From: Eledone cirrhosa
Lineage: Eukaryota
Reading direction: 5' to 3'
Assembly (NCBI GenBank): GCA_964016885.1
Contig: CAXHJY010001683.1
Span: 1-29,658 of the forward strand
Length of the DNA stretch: 29,658 bases
The notes under the pieces were generated by a model. It had not been told where the DNA came from and searched no databases. It worked only from the letters and a program-made list of their open reading frames with translations. Positions 1-13,681 of the stretch are shown piece by piece; position 1 is the stretch's first letter, and each line of letters starts with the position of its first letter. Made by a program: the position numbers and the translations under genes.

Positions 1-123
1 TGTATGTGTATATATGTATGTATGTGTATATATGTATGTATGTATATATGTATGTATATATATATGTATGTATATATATGTATATATATATGTATGTATA
101 TATATGTATATATATATGTATGT

Positions 124-157
<34 letters not shown>

Positions 158-245
158 GTATATATATATATGTATATATATATATGTATGTATATATATA
201 TATGTATGTATATATATATATGTATGTATATATATATATGTATGT

Positions 246-279
<34 letters not shown>

Positions 280-285
280 GTATAT

Positions 286-319
<34 letters not shown>

Positions 320-431
320 GTATATATATGTATGTATGTATATATATATATGTATGTATATATATATATGTATGTATATATATATATGTATGTATATATA
401 TATATGTATGTATATATATATATGTATGTAT

Positions 432-472
<41 letters not shown>

Positions 473-550
473 TATGTGTATATATATATATGTATGTATA
501 TATATATATGTATGTATATATATATATGTATGTATATATATATATGTATG

Positions 551-584
<34 letters not shown>

Positions 585-614
585 TGTATATATATATGTA
601 TGTATGTATATATG
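1..614. repeat. Compound (TA)n/(TATG)n microsatellite tract
   Basis: Alternating TA interrupted by TG; no C on the + strand. Confidence 0.98.
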
Positions 615-3350
615 TTTTCTCTTTCTCTTAATTTCGAGTATATTTTTTTGACCGGCCACCTTCCTGGTGGCAAGGTTGTAAAAGAAAAGAAATTGTCATC
701 CCTTGAATCGCAAGAATGTTTTGCATATTTTGAAGGTGCCAGCTATCGCAGCCATTTGTAGACTATGAATTAGGGAGCTGCGCTTTTTGTCCGCAAATCC
801 AAGTACGGTCATACTTTGGTCCAAGCGGGTTGGTATATAACCCATAGCACCAATAATGATGGGTATGAAGCTAAAGGTGTATCTTGGATACTGGATTTGT
901 AAGCTCCTCATCAATGGTCCGTAGATGTCCTCCTTCTCCTGTATTTTTCTGACAACGTTTACATCAAGTGGGCAGCTGAGCTCCACAACAGAACACGTTT
1001 TCAATGTGTGGTCCCAAACTACAATATCAGGCCGGTTGTGCTTTAATTTGGTGGCAGTTTTTATTTTCAGGTTCCACCAGTATTCCTTAGTGCCATCTGT
1101 CTCAATATATTCTTCCTCGTTTGTTGTTAATTTTGTTTTCCGAAGTGCGTTCCAGATAGTTCTAGCTATCCCATCGTGTCTCATGGGGAGGTAGTAGCGA
1201 GATGACATTCTTTCGCAGCTGGCAACAATGTGGCTTACATCCTCGATCTTTGTTTTACATAGCCTACATTTATTGTCAGCTGCTGGCCCTCCTCTTTTGT
1301 GCAGCAGATATTTGGTAGGGAGTTCTTGTTCCTGTATTGCATAGAGATATCCCTCAAGGTGTGATGTCATAAACTTGTCGGAACTCCATGCCAGGCTTTT
1401 TGAGTGGTTTATCCCCTCTATGGTCTGTGTTTTACGCCTCAAGTATCCATGCACAACTTTCTCTGTAAATTGGTCAATTTTTTTTTCTTGTTTGAACATT
1501 GAATAGGATCTTCCGATTTCTCTGGGTGAGAGATTTATATCAGGCTTTATTCCATATCTCTCCTCCAGATCAGTCGCTATTCTAATGATATTTCTTTTTT
1601 CATGCTCATAAACCTGAGCAAGATGGTCGCCAACCTTTTTCCTCTGTTGAAGGTGTTGCTTCAGTGTTACTATCCGGGTCTCATATGTTGTTAATATTGA
1701 TTTTAGACCCCGGCCACCTTCCTTGCGTGAGAAGTATAGCCTATCCACATCACCATTGATGTTAAAGTTCCCAGTAACACTGAGAAGTTTTCGAGTTCTA
1801 ACATCCATCTCACTTAGTTCTTGCAATGACCAGTTCAGTAGGCCAAATGTTGGCGTTAGAATTGGCACAGCATAGGTATTGTGGGCAATGTATTTGTTGT
1901 ATGCTGACAGTTCTGATGACCATATTTTTTTTACTCTTCTGAGGTATTCAGTTCTGGTTCTCTCCTTATTTATGGGTCCATCATATCTGACATTCTCATC
2001 CTGTCCAAGATATCTGTAGTTGTCACCTGACTGCAGAGGTTGTATTGTCAGGCCGTTCATATCTAGATTTCTAGAGGAGGGCACAGCTCTTCCACGTTTT
2101 ACTGCCAAATATGCACACTTGGACTCACCAAATTTCATTTTGATGTCGGTTGAAAATTGTGTAATGAGGTCCAATTGTTTCTTGATGTCATTGATATTTG
2201 GCCCATACAACTTCAGGTCATCAACAAAGAAAAGATGGGAGATACTTCTGGGCCCACTTCTTTGTCCACCTTGTTTCCTGAGTAGGTAAGATAGTGGATT
2301 CAGTGAGAGAACGAAGAGTAGTACTGACAAGCTATCACCCTGAAAGATGCCCTTCTGGTAATGTATCCTATCAGTCTTAACCTGCTCCTTCTCACCTCTA
2401 AGGATCAAATTGGTGTACCAGTTCTTGGTCAGGCGTTCAACAGCAGCTACTAATGGTTGTGGGACTTTAGCTAACTGTAAAGCCTTAATAATCCACCCAT
2501 GAGGTACACTATCAAATGCTTTTTGATAGTCCAGCCACACGACAGTCATGTTTCTGCGATTCTTTGTTGTTTTTTCCTGAATCATTTTGTTAGTTAGTAG
2601 GTGATCTATGCAACCCCACACCTCCCTCTTTCCACCAGCTTGCTCAGGTGTTATGATGTTGTTGGTAGCACAGTGATCCTGTAAGAACAGGTTAAGGCAC
2701 CCAGTATATAATTTATACATGATGTTTTGGCAGGCAATTGGGCGGTAATTTTTAGCGAGGGTGGTTTGGCTATTTTTGGGAATGAGGAGAGTAGTGGCAG
2801 TTGATAACCATCTGGGCAGTTCTTGTGTGCCCTTAATGGTTTCTGTAAACAGCCGTATGAGATCTTGCCGATAGAAAGTGAAATTCTTCAACCAGTATCC
2901 TGTAATGAGGTCTGGGCCTGGCGATTTCCTATTCGACATTTTCTGTAGAGCTGTTTCCAGTATTGACCCATCTATGTCATATTGTTTTGTCTGGACATAT
3001 TGGCAGTAGTCCTGTTTCAGTTGTTTTAGCCAATTAGCTTGTCTGTTGAATCCGTCATCCGTTTCCCATACAGATCTCCAGTAGTTCTCAACCTGTTCTT
3101 TTGAAGGGGTGTCGTTTACAGGGATTGAGCTTTTGCCACCGAAGCTGCGATAAACTGATTTAGGATCTCTGGCAAACAATCTATTTAGCACTTGTCGTTT
3201 ATGGGCTGTTGACTTATATTTTAGTCTTTCTGTTGTAGCTGTGAGTTGTTGTTTCAACTGGTGTAATTTGGAGTTTAAAGTTTTAAATTTTGTATCTCCA
3301 AATCGTCTCTCTAACTTTTTCTTTAGGTCTTCCTGGTGTCGTGTGAAGTT
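615..3350 (-). mobile_element. 5'-truncated RLE-type non-LTR retrotransposon, R4/Dong-like clade
   Basis: Single ORF with RT, CCHC knuckle and restriction-like endonuclease. ~80-nt 3' UTR with hairpin GCCACC-TTCCT-GGTGGC (655-671). Both ends abut the microsatellite. Confidence 0.9.
696..3350 (-). CDS. Reverse transcriptase + CCHC zinc knuckle + RLE endonuclease (N-terminally truncated)
   Basis: Motifs [75 protein letters not shown]. The frame stays open upstream of the listed 3257 start ([17 protein letters not shown]...) up to the junction near 3350. No internal stops. Confidence 0.93.
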   Translation of the reverse strand, partial: NFTRHQEDLKKKLERRFGDTKFKTLNSKLHQLKQQLTATTERLKYKSTAHKRQVLNRLFARDPKSVYRSFGGKSSIPVNDTPSKEQVENYWRSVWETDDGFNRQANWLKQLKQDYCQYVQTKQYDIDGSILETALQKMSNRKSPGPDLITGYWLKNFTFYRQDLIRLFTETIKGTQELPRWLSTATTLLIPKNSQTTLAKNYRPIACQNIMYKLYTGCLNLFLQDHCATNNIITPEQAGGKREVWGCIDHLLTNKMIQEKTTKNRRNMTVVWLDYQKAFDSVPHGWIIKALQLAKVPQPLVAAVERLTKNWYTNLILRGEKEQVKTDRIHYQKGIFQGDSLSVLLFVLSLNPLSYLLRKQGGQRSGPRSISHLFFVDDLKLYGPNINDIKKQLDLITQFSTDIKMKFGESKCAYLAVKRGRAVPSSRNLDMNGLTIQPLQSGDNYRYLGQDENVRYDGPINKERTRTEYLRRVKKIWSSELSAYNKYIAHNTYAVPILTPTFGLLNWSLQELSEMDVRTRKLLSVTGNFNINGDVDRLYFSRKEGGRGLKSILTTYETRIVTLKQHLQQRKKVGDHLAQVYEHEKRNIIRIATDLEERYGIKPDINLSPREIGRSYSMFKQEKKIDQFTEKVVHGYLRRKTQTIEGINHSKSLAWSSDKFMTSHLEGYLYAIQEQELPTKYLLHKRGGPAADNKCRLCKTKIEDVSHIVASCERMSSRYYLPMRHDGIARTIWNALRKTKLTTNEEEYIETDGTKEYWWNLKIKTATKLKHNRPDIVVWDHTLKTCSVVELSCPLDVNVVRKIQEKEDIYGPLMRSLQIQYPRYTFSFIPIIIGAMGYIPTRLDQSMTVLGFADKKRSSLIHSLQMAAIAGTFKICKTFLRFKG

Positions 3351-3535
3351 ATGTATGTATATATATATATGTATGTATGTATATATGTATGTATATATGT
3401 GTGTATATATGTGTGTATATATGTATGTATGTATGTATGTATATATGTATGTATTTATATATGTATGTATGTATATATGTATGTATTTATATATGTATGT
3501 ATGTATATATGTATGTATGTATATATGTATGTATG

Positions 3536-3566
<31 letters not shown>

Positions 3567-4027
3567 ATATATATGTATGTATATATATATGTATGTATAT
3601 ATATATGTATATATATATGTATGTATATATATATGTATGTATATATATATGTATATATATATGTATGTATATATATATGTATATATATATGTATGTATAT
3701 ATATATGTATATATATATGTATGTATATATATATGTATATATATATATATGTATATATATATGTATGTATATATATATGTATATATATATATATGTATAT
3801 ATATATGTATATATATATGTATGTATATATGTATGTATATATATATGTATGTATATATATATGTATGTATATATATATGTATGTATATATATATGTATGT
3901 ATATATATATGTATGTATATATATATGTATGTATATATATATGTATGTATGTATATATATATGTATGTATATATATATGTATGTATATATATATGTATGT
4001 ATATATATATGTATATATATATGTATG

Positions 4028-4064
<37 letters not shown>

Positions 4065-4203
4065 GTATATGTATATATGTATATGTATATGTATATATGT
4101 ATATGTATATATATATATGTATATGTATGTATATATATGTATATATATGTATATATATATATGTATATATATGTATATATATATATATGTATATATATTT
4201 ATA

Positions 4204-4264
<61 letters not shown>

Positions 4265-4353
4265 GTATATATATATATATGTATATATATGTATATATAT
4301 ATATGTATATATATGTATATATATATATGTATATATATATATGTATATATATG

Positions 4354-4386
<33 letters not shown>

Positions 4387-4397
4387 GTATATATATG

Positions 4398-4446
<49 letters not shown>

Positions 4447-4516
4447 GTATATATATGTATATGTATATATATATATGTATATGTATATATATGTATATGT
4501 ATATATATATGTATGT

Positions 4517-4585
<69 letters not shown>

Positions 4586-4669
4586 TATGTATATATATAT
4601 ATGTATATGTATATATATATATGTATATGTATATATGTATATGTATATATATATATGTATATGTATATG

Positions 4670-4753
<84 letters not shown>

Positions 4754-4760
4754 TGTATGT
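3351..4760. repeat. (TA)n/(TATG)n microsatellite tract
   Basis: Direct sequence; includes a pure TA run around 4210-4253. Confidence 0.98.
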
Positions 4761-4970
4761 AGGAGGTGAGTTTTATTGTAGTACAATAAAGCAATGCAGA
4801 TATCGGATAATGTTGATTTAAAACTGCACTATCAACAAGTGTTTTTTTAGCCTTCATATCATGTTCTCCTGTTTTATCTGATGAAAACACAAATATTATT
4901 GTTTGATGATATTTGTTTTTGAAATGCGCATAATAAAATATATTGAACTCCTTTAACCATCTTTTGATCT
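4761..4970 (+). mobile_element. Short non-coding island, probable Penelope-like terminal repeat fragment or retrozyme-like unit
   Basis: Contains a type I hammerhead overlapping an AATAAA (4932-4937). Minimal hammerheads of this type are characteristic of Penelope-like element terminal repeats. No coding similarity seen. Confidence 0.6.
4872..4938 (+). ncRNA. Type I hammerhead ribozyme with palindromic helix III
   Basis: Stem I TTTTAT (4872-4877)/ATAAAA (4933-4938); core CTGATGA (4878-4884); ~14-bp stem II (4885-4920); GAAA (4921-4924); helix III palindrome ATGCGCAT; AUA cleavage triplet ending at 4932. Confidence 0.85.
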
Positions 4971-4987
4971 TATATTATATATATATG

Positions 4988-5018
<31 letters not shown>

Positions 5019-5307
5019 GTATGTATGTATATATGTATATATGTATGTATATATGTATATATGTATATATGTATGTATATATGTATGTATGTATATATGT
5101 ATGTATGTATGTATATATATATATATATGTATGTATGTATATATATATATGTATGTATGTATATATGTATGTATATATGTGTGTATATATGGATGTATAT
5201 ATATATATGTATATATGTGTATGTGTATATATATATATGTATATATATATGTATGTATGTATGTATATATATATGTATATATATATGTATGTATGTATGT
5301 ATATATA
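4971..5307. repeat. (TA)n/(TATG)n microsatellite tract
   Basis: Direct sequence. Confidence 0.97.
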
Positions 5308-5511
5308 TCATTTCATTTTCATTTTACGTCCGCTTTTTTCCTGCTTGCAAGGGTGAGACGGGAACTGACTTGATTTCTACAGCTGAGTAAACTGGAGCAA
5401 TGTGAAATAAAGTGTCTTGCTCAAGGACACAACACATCACCCGGTCTGAGAATTGAACTCACAACCTTTTGATTGCAAGGCCAATGCTCTAACCACTAAG
5501 CCATGTGCCTC
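5308..5511 (-). mobile_element. tRNA-derived CORE-SINE with RTE-type 3' tail (short, internally deleted copy)
   Basis: Pol III A box TGGCTTAGTGG (5493-5503); B box GAGTTCAATTCTC (5448-5460); MIR-like CORE TGTGTCCTTGAGCAAGACACTT...CCAGTTTACTCAGCTGTAGAAAT; tail ...GCGGACGTAAAATGA. Collinear with 23650-23989. Confidence 0.88.
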
Positions 5512-5515
5512 TATG

Positions 5516-5553
<38 letters not shown>

Positions 5554-6221
5554 TATGTATGTATATATATATGTATATATGTATATGTATATATATATGT
5601 ATATATGTATATGTATATATATATGTATGTATGTATATATGTATATGTATGTATATGTATGTATATATATATATATATGTATATATATCTATATGTATAT
5701 ATATGTATATATATGTATATATATATGTATGTATATATATCTATATGTATATATATGTATATATATATGTATGTATATATATCTATATGTATATATATGT
5801 ATATATATATGTATGTATATATATCTATATGTATATATATGTATATATATATGTATGTATATATATATGTATGTATATATATCTATATGTATATATATGT
5901 ATATATATATGTATGTATATATATCTATATGTATATATATGTATATATATATGTATATATATATGTGTATATATATGTATATATATATGTATATATATAT
6001 ATATATGTATATATATGTATATATATGTATATATATGTATATATGTGTATATATATGTATATATATGTATATATATGTATATATGTTTATATATATGTAT
6101 ATATATATGTGTATATATATGTGTATATATATGTATATATATATGTATATATATATGTATATATATATGTATATATATATGTATATATATATATGTATAT
6201 ATATATATGTATATATATATG

Positions 6222-6252
<31 letters not shown>

Positions 6253-6505
6253 ATATATATGTATATGTATATGTATATATGTATATGTATATATATATAT
6301 GTATATGTATATATGTATATGTATATATGTATATATATATGTATATGTATATATGTATATATATATGTATATGTATATATATATATGTGTATATGTATAT
6401 ATATATATGTGTATATGTATATGTATATATATATATGTGTATATATATATGTATATGTATATATATATGTAATTATGTATATATATATATATGTATATGT
6501 ATATG

Positions 6506-6539
<34 letters not shown>

Positions 6540-6703
6540 CATATATATATGTATATGTGTATATATATATGTATATGTGTATATATATATGTATATGTGT
6601 ATATATATATGTATGTGTGTATATATATATATGTATATGTATGTATATGTATATGTATATATATATATATATGTATATATGTATATGTATATATATGTAT
6701 ATG

Positions 6704-6738
<35 letters not shown>

Positions 6739-7087
6739 GTGTATATGTATGTATATGTATATGTATGTATATATATGTGTATATGTATATATATGTGTAT
6801 ATGTATATATATGTGTATATGTATTTATATATATATGTATGTGTATATGTATATATATGTGTATATGTATTTATATATATATGTATGTGTATATGTATAT
6901 ATATGTGTATATGTATATATATGTGTATATGTATTTATATATATATGTATGTGTATATGTATATATATGTGTATATGTATTTATATATATATGTATATGT
7001 ATATGTATATATATATGTATATGTATATATATATGTATATGTATATATATATGTATATATATGTGTATATATATATATATATGTATG

Positions 7088-7130
<43 letters not shown>

Positions 7131-7201
7131 GTATGTATATGTATATATATGTATGTATATGTATATATATGTATATATATGTATGTATATGTATATATAT
7201 G

Positions 7202-7234
<33 letters not shown>

Positions 7235-7265
7235 GTATATATGTATATATGTATATATATATATG

Positions 7266-7296
<31 letters not shown>

Positions 7297-7757
7297 GTAT
7301 ATATATGTATATGTATATATATGTATATATATGTATATGTATATATATGTATGTATATGTATATGTATGTATATGTATATATATGTATATGTATGTATAT
7401 GTATATATATGTATATGTATATGTATATATATGTATATGTATATATATGTATATGTATATATATGTATATGTATATATATGTATATGTATATATATGTAT
7501 ATGTATATATATGTATATATATGTATATATATGTATATATATGTATATATATATATATATGTATATATATGTATATATATGTATATATATATGTATATAT
7601 ATATGTATATATATATGTATATATATGTATGTATATATATGTATATATATGTATATATATATATGTATATATATGTATGTATATATATGTATATATATGT
7701 ATATATATGTATGTATATATATGTATATATATGTATGTATATATATGTATATATATG

Positions 7758-7808
<51 letters not shown>

Positions 7809-7913
7809 GTATATGTATATATATGTATATGTATGTATATGTATATGTATGTGTATATGTATATGTATATATATATGTATATATATGTATATGTATATAT
7901 ATGTATATATGTA
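5512..7913. repeat. (TA)n/(TATG)n microsatellite tract with local higher-order units
   Basis: Direct sequence; TCTAT variant recurs at 5689, 5741, 5783, 5825, 5883 and 5925 (mostly 42-bp spacing). Confidence 0.97.
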
Positions 7914-10386
7914 TACTCCTTTACCTGTTTCAGCTGTCCGGCTGAGACCATGCTGGTGCACTGCCCTTGTTACTACACATTCTATCTCCAGCCTGTATAG
8001 GTTGGGCACTGGTGTCTTGCTGTGAGCTTATCCAGGATCCTGGATAACAAACTGTCGAGATGTTTCAGTTAGACATCCACCTCCACGTCATGCAAGTCTC
8101 TCAGATCCCTCGGCAGCCTGTTGAAGAGTTGAGGGCCCTTGAATCCCAGGCTATTTCAATACCTGTTCCTTATTCTAGATGTGAAAGACGGGACCTTTGG
8201 CACCACACAGTGACGTCCTGTTCGACGGTTGGTACAGCTCCCAATGCCAAAGTTTGGTGCTAGTCCCTCCAGGATTTTCCACATGTAGATCACTGCGTAT
8301 CTCTCCCGTCTTCGCTCCAAGGAGTAGAGGTTCAGTTCCTTTAGCCTCTCCCAGTAGCTTGTCTCCCTCATCTTGGCAATCTTTTCGGTGTAGCTTTGCT
8401 GGATTGCCTCAAGCTCCGTGGTTAGTTTGACACTATGGGGTGACCACAACTGGGAGCAGTAGTCCAGGCGGCTTAGGACAAATGTCCTCCATAGTGTCAA
8501 CATGGTGTCTCGATCTCTTGTCCGGAAAGTCCTCAAGATCCAGCCAGCGAGTCGTCTGCACATTGTCGCCACTTTCATGATGTGTGAAGAAACAGATGCA
8601 TCATCGCTCATGTCTATGCTCAGGTCTCGTATCAATTTTGACACGGGGATATCGGTCCCTCCTGGTCCTGTGTAGTTGTGTTCCACTATATTTGTGTTTG
8701 CAGGTTTGTCTGGAAGTTTGTATTGTAGGGCTTGGAATTTGCCAGCATTAAACTGCATGTTGTTTTCTTCCGCCCATTTGTATATGGCATCCAGATCCTG
8801 CTGTAAAAGGGCAGCGTCAGCCGGGTTTTTGATTGCCTGTGCTACCTTAGTGTCATCAGCATAGCTAGTGAGGGATGTTGTTGTATGCACTACAGAGGGC
8901 ATGTCTGAGAGAGCCACCAAAAACAGTAGTGGTCCCAGGACTGTCCCCTGGGGAACCCCACTTGTTATTGGTGTTTCTCTCGAGAGGGCCCTATTTGCTG
9001 CGACTGCCTGGCTTCTGTCCCTTAGGAAGCCATGCAGCCACTCACCTACTTTTACAGTTATGCCAAGTCCGCGTAGTTTGTGGCATATCATTCCGTGGTC
9101 GACCTTGTCAAAGGCCTTCACAAAGTCAAGATATATCACGTCCACATGTGATCTGTCTAGTAGTTGTCTCAGTACCCAGTCGTAGTGATGTAGCAGTTGT
9201 GTAAGGCAGCTTCTTCCTGGGCGGAAGCCATGTTGCGTGCTAGTCAGGCGGTCATTTTCCTCGAGGAAAGTGATCAGTTTCTTCCTGACGACTCGCTTCA
9301 TGACCGTACTGATATGCGACGTCAGGGAGACTGGCCTATAGTTTTTTGCCTCCTCTCTGCTACCTCCTTTATGGATAGGGCATATTGTGCCTTCTTTCAG
9401 CTCCCTGGGTAGTACACCGCTAGCCAAGGAGCTTCTGAAGAGCATCTTCAGTGGAGTTGCTAAGGCCCGCTTACATATTTTTAAGAGAACTTCTGGGAAT
9501 CCATCAGGTCCAGCAGCCGAGTCTGTTCTAATTTCATCAATGGCGTACACCACATCCTCCTCCGTTATGTCTATGTGGTTGATGGTTGCCATTTCTTGAT
9601 GTAGTGTTGTGGCATCAAAGAACTCCTCTGGCTTCGTTATTTGCATGTGCCTCAGTGGACATGTGAAGACACTTTTGTACTGTTCGTTCAGTATTTCACA
9701 TATCTCTTGGGGATTTTCGGTTAATGAACCGTCCGTGTGGAAGAGTGGCCCAATCTTGCAGTGTACTGAGGCAGTTTCTTTTGCAAATTTAAAGAAGGCC
9801 TTAGGGTTTGTTTTAATGTTTTCTATGGCCCTGTTCTCTTTCTTTGCCCTCTCATTCTCATGTGAAAGTTTGAGTGCAATCTCGGTGTCTAGTAGTGCAC
9901 GTTTCAAATAGGATTCCTTCTTGTTTTTGTTTTGTTGACTATTCAACTGGTTTGAGAGTTTAGTTCTACGTCTCATAAGGATTTTCCTATCTCTGGGAAT
10001 AAGATTTTTGTGTCTGTTTGCCTCTTTCTCCGGGACACACTTTTTGCATATGGTGTGTATCGTTGTCATGAAGTGTTGAAATTGTGTGTTAGTGTCTTGT
10101 GTGGCAGTGTTTTCACTCCATGTTTGCTTCCGGATTTCACTCTTAATCTTTTTCCAGTTAGCCTTGTAGAAGTTAAGGCTGGATAGCGTCCCGGAGCTTC
10201 TTGGTGGTTTTGTCTCTGTTGGTTCTCTTGGACCACATATCATTAGCTCTATTAAGTTATGATCCGAGAGAATTGTTGGTGTCACCTTTACATTGTGGAT
10301 GAGCACTTCGTTGTTTGTAAAACAGAGGTCCAGGACATTTTTGCCTCTTGTTGGGAGGAGTATTGCTTGCTCCATGAACAGCCTGT
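7914..10386 (-). mobile_element. 5'-truncated CR1-group LINE, family A
   Basis: End of APE domain plus RT plus CR1-type C-terminus; short 3' UTR with terminal hairpin TCAGC-N6-GCTGA (7930-7945). Confidence 0.9.
7983..10384 (-). pseudogene. ORF2 remnant (end of APE endonuclease + reverse transcriptase) with premature stops
   Basis: [14 protein letters not shown]...[71 protein letters not shown]. Homology to the 14406 ORF continues in frame past the TGA at 8156 (RY*NSLGFKGPQLFNRLP...[16 protein letters not shown]). Confidence 0.87.
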
Positions 10387-10523
10387 GTGTATATATATGT
10401 ATATATATATATGTATGTATGTATATATATATATATGTATATGTTTATATATGTATATGTTTATATATGTATATGTATGTATATATATGTATATATATAT
10501 ATGTATGTATATACTATATTATA
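10387..10523. repeat. (TA)n/(TATG)n microsatellite tract
   Basis: Direct sequence. Confidence 0.95.
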
Positions 10524-10658
10524 TTTTGAGAATAAACTCTGTCGTTTACAATAATTCAGCTCCAAGAAAAGGGGCTTTTCCGAGCAGTTAAATACATTAA
10601 AATATATGATAAACACAAAACGTTTTTGCATTGCAACAGACAAAGTTAGCTATTAATG
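10524..10658. other. Unclassified 135-bp AT-rich island, probably a repeat fragment
   Basis: Non-microsatellite sequence with AATAAA and small hairpin GAAAAG-GGG-CTTTTC; no credible ORF or ribozyme core. Confidence 0.4.
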
Positions 10659-10966
10659 CATGTATATGTATATATATATGTATGTATATATATATATATG
10701 TATGTATATATATATATATGTATGTATATATATATATGTATGTATATATATATATATGTATGTATATATATATATGAATGTATATATATATATGAATGTA
10801 TATATATATATGAATGTATATATATATATGAATGTATATATATATGTATGTATATATATATATATATGTATATATGTATATGTGTATATGTATATATATA
10901 TATGTATATATATGTGTATATGTGTATATGTATATATATATATGTATATATATATATGTATATGTG

Positions 10967-10999
<33 letters not shown>

Positions 11000-11052
11000 G
11001 TATTTATATATGTATGTATATATATATATATATATATATGTATTTATATATG

Positions 11053-11083
<31 letters not shown>

Positions 11084-11252
11084 GTATATGTATATATATA
11101 TATGTATATGTATATATATATATGTATATATATGTATATATATATATGTATATATATATATGTATATATATGTATATATATATATGTATATATATATATG
11201 TATGTATATATATGTATATATATATATGTATATATATGTATATATATATATG

Positions 11253-11305
<53 letters not shown>

Positions 11306-11306
11306 G

Positions 11307-11359
<53 letters not shown>

Positions 11360-11370
11360 GTATATATATG

Positions 11371-11401
<31 letters not shown>

Positions 11402-11458
11402 GTATATATATATATATGTGTATATGTATATATATGTATATATATATGTATATATATG

Positions 11459-11493
<35 letters not shown>

Positions 11494-11516
11494 GTATATA
11501 TATATGTATATATATG

Positions 11517-11549
<33 letters not shown>

Positions 11550-11550
11550 G

Positions 11551-11581
<31 letters not shown>

Positions 11582-11582
11582 G

Positions 11583-11613
<31 letters not shown>

Positions 11614-11621
11614 GTATATAT

Positions 11622-11655
<34 letters not shown>

Positions 11656-11725
11656 GTATATGTATATATATATATGTATATATATATATGTATATATATA
11701 TATGTATATATATATATGTATATAT

Positions 11726-11759
<34 letters not shown>

Positions 11760-12084
11760 GTATATGTATATATATATATGTATATATATATATGTATATA
11801 TATATATGTATATATATATATGTATATATATATATGTATATATATATATGTATATATATATATGTATATATATATATATGTATATATATATATGTATATA
11901 TATATATGTATATATATATATGTATATATATATATGTATATATATATATGTATATATATGTATATATATATATGTATATATATATATGTATGTATATGTA
12001 TATATGTATATATATGTATATGTATATATGTATATATATATATATGTATATATATGTATATATATATATATGTATATGTATATG

Positions 12085-12155
<71 letters not shown>

Positions 12156-12366
12156 ATATATATATGTATATATATATATGTATATATATATATGTATATA
12201 TGTATATATATATATGTATATATATGTATATATATATATGTATATATATATATGTGTATATATATATATGTGTATATATATATATGTATATATATATATG
12301 TATATGTATATATATATATGTATATATATATATGTATATATATATATGTATATATATATATGTATG

Positions 12367-12411
<45 letters not shown>

Positions 12412-12412
12412 A
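10659..12412. repeat. (TA)n/(TATG)n microsatellite tract
   Basis: Direct sequence; 18-bp GAATG-containing unit four times (10776, 10794, 10812, 10830). Confidence 0.98.
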
Positions 12413-13051
12413 TCATCATCATCATCAACGTTTAACGTCCGTGTTCCATGCTTGCATGGGTTTGGACGGGGGTAGTCCCACTTGAGGCAAGAGTGACTGT
12501 CTTGCTCGCATAGGACTGTCTGGCAGGTTTTCTACAGTTGGATGCCCTTCCTAACACAAACCACATTTACAGTGTGGGTCTGGGAGGTTTTTACCGTGTT
12601 GCCTACACGGCCACATTACAGCGTGGACTGTGTGTTTTTTGTCGTGACACCTACACGATCTCATTTGTTTCGGCCTGGATGGCGCGGCACCAACATAACT
12701 TTACATAGAACGGGGTGGTGTGGATGGGGTGGGGGTGGTGGCGGGACGGGGTGTATTTTGTTAGAGATGCCTACTGGCAAGGCGGGTCTTCTCTGTTACT
12801 GAGTACCGCCAAAGGTCTCGGTCCAGTGACATTGTCTTGGAGAGGTGTAAGTGTGTGAGGTCGGAGTTTATCAGCTCATCCCAGGTTTTTCTAGGTCTGC
12901 CTATTCCGTGACTACCGTCTATCTTTATTGCCCTGCACTTTGTTATACAACTATCGACTTTCATGCGCATCACGTGTCCATACCAACGCAGCCTTCTCTC
13001 GAGTAAACATCTGATCCCTCTTATCTCTAATTTTTTCCTTAGTTCGTTTAT
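12413..13051 (-). mobile_element. RTE-clade LINE 3' fragment, subfamily A (severely 5'-truncated)
   Basis: [12 protein letters not shown]...GRPRKTW...DRDLWR C-terminus, 3' UTR and (TGA)n tail. Roughly 98% identical by eye to 20525-21167. Confidence 0.93.
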
Positions 13052-13055
13052 TATG

Positions 13056-13110
<55 letters not shown>

Positions 13111-13163
13111 GTATATATATATGTATATATGTATATATATATGTATATATATATGTATATATG

Positions 13164-13201
<38 letters not shown>

Positions 13202-13228
13202 CATATGTATATATATATGTATATGTAT

Positions 13229-13260
<32 letters not shown>

Positions 13261-13681
13261 GTATATATATGTATATATGTATATATATGTATATATATAT
13301 ATATATGTATATATGTATATATATGTATATATATATGTATATATATGTATATATATATGTATATATATGTATATATGTATATATATGTATATATATATAT
13401 ATATGTATATATATGTATATATATGTATATATGTATATATATGTATATATATGTATATATGTATATATATGTATATATATATATATGTATATATGTATAT
13501 ATATGTATATATATATGTATATATATGTGTATATATATGTATATATATATGTATATATATGTATATATATGTATATATATGTATATATATGTATATATAT
13601 GTATATATATATATGTATATGTATATATGTATAGGTATATGTATATATATATGTATATATGTATATATATACATATATATA
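13052..13681. repeat. (TA)n/(TATG)n microsatellite tract
   Basis: Direct sequence. Confidence 0.97.

Noticed and set aside
5440-5511. tRNA gene (also 23920-23989)
   Set aside because: A and B boxes are present but there is no proper acceptor stem, and it runs into a CORE domain: SINE head.
8028-8047. Perfect 20-bp palindrome TTATCCAGGATCCTGGATAA
   Set aside because: Lies in the decayed coding tail of CR1 family A, with no counterpart in family B; probably incidental.
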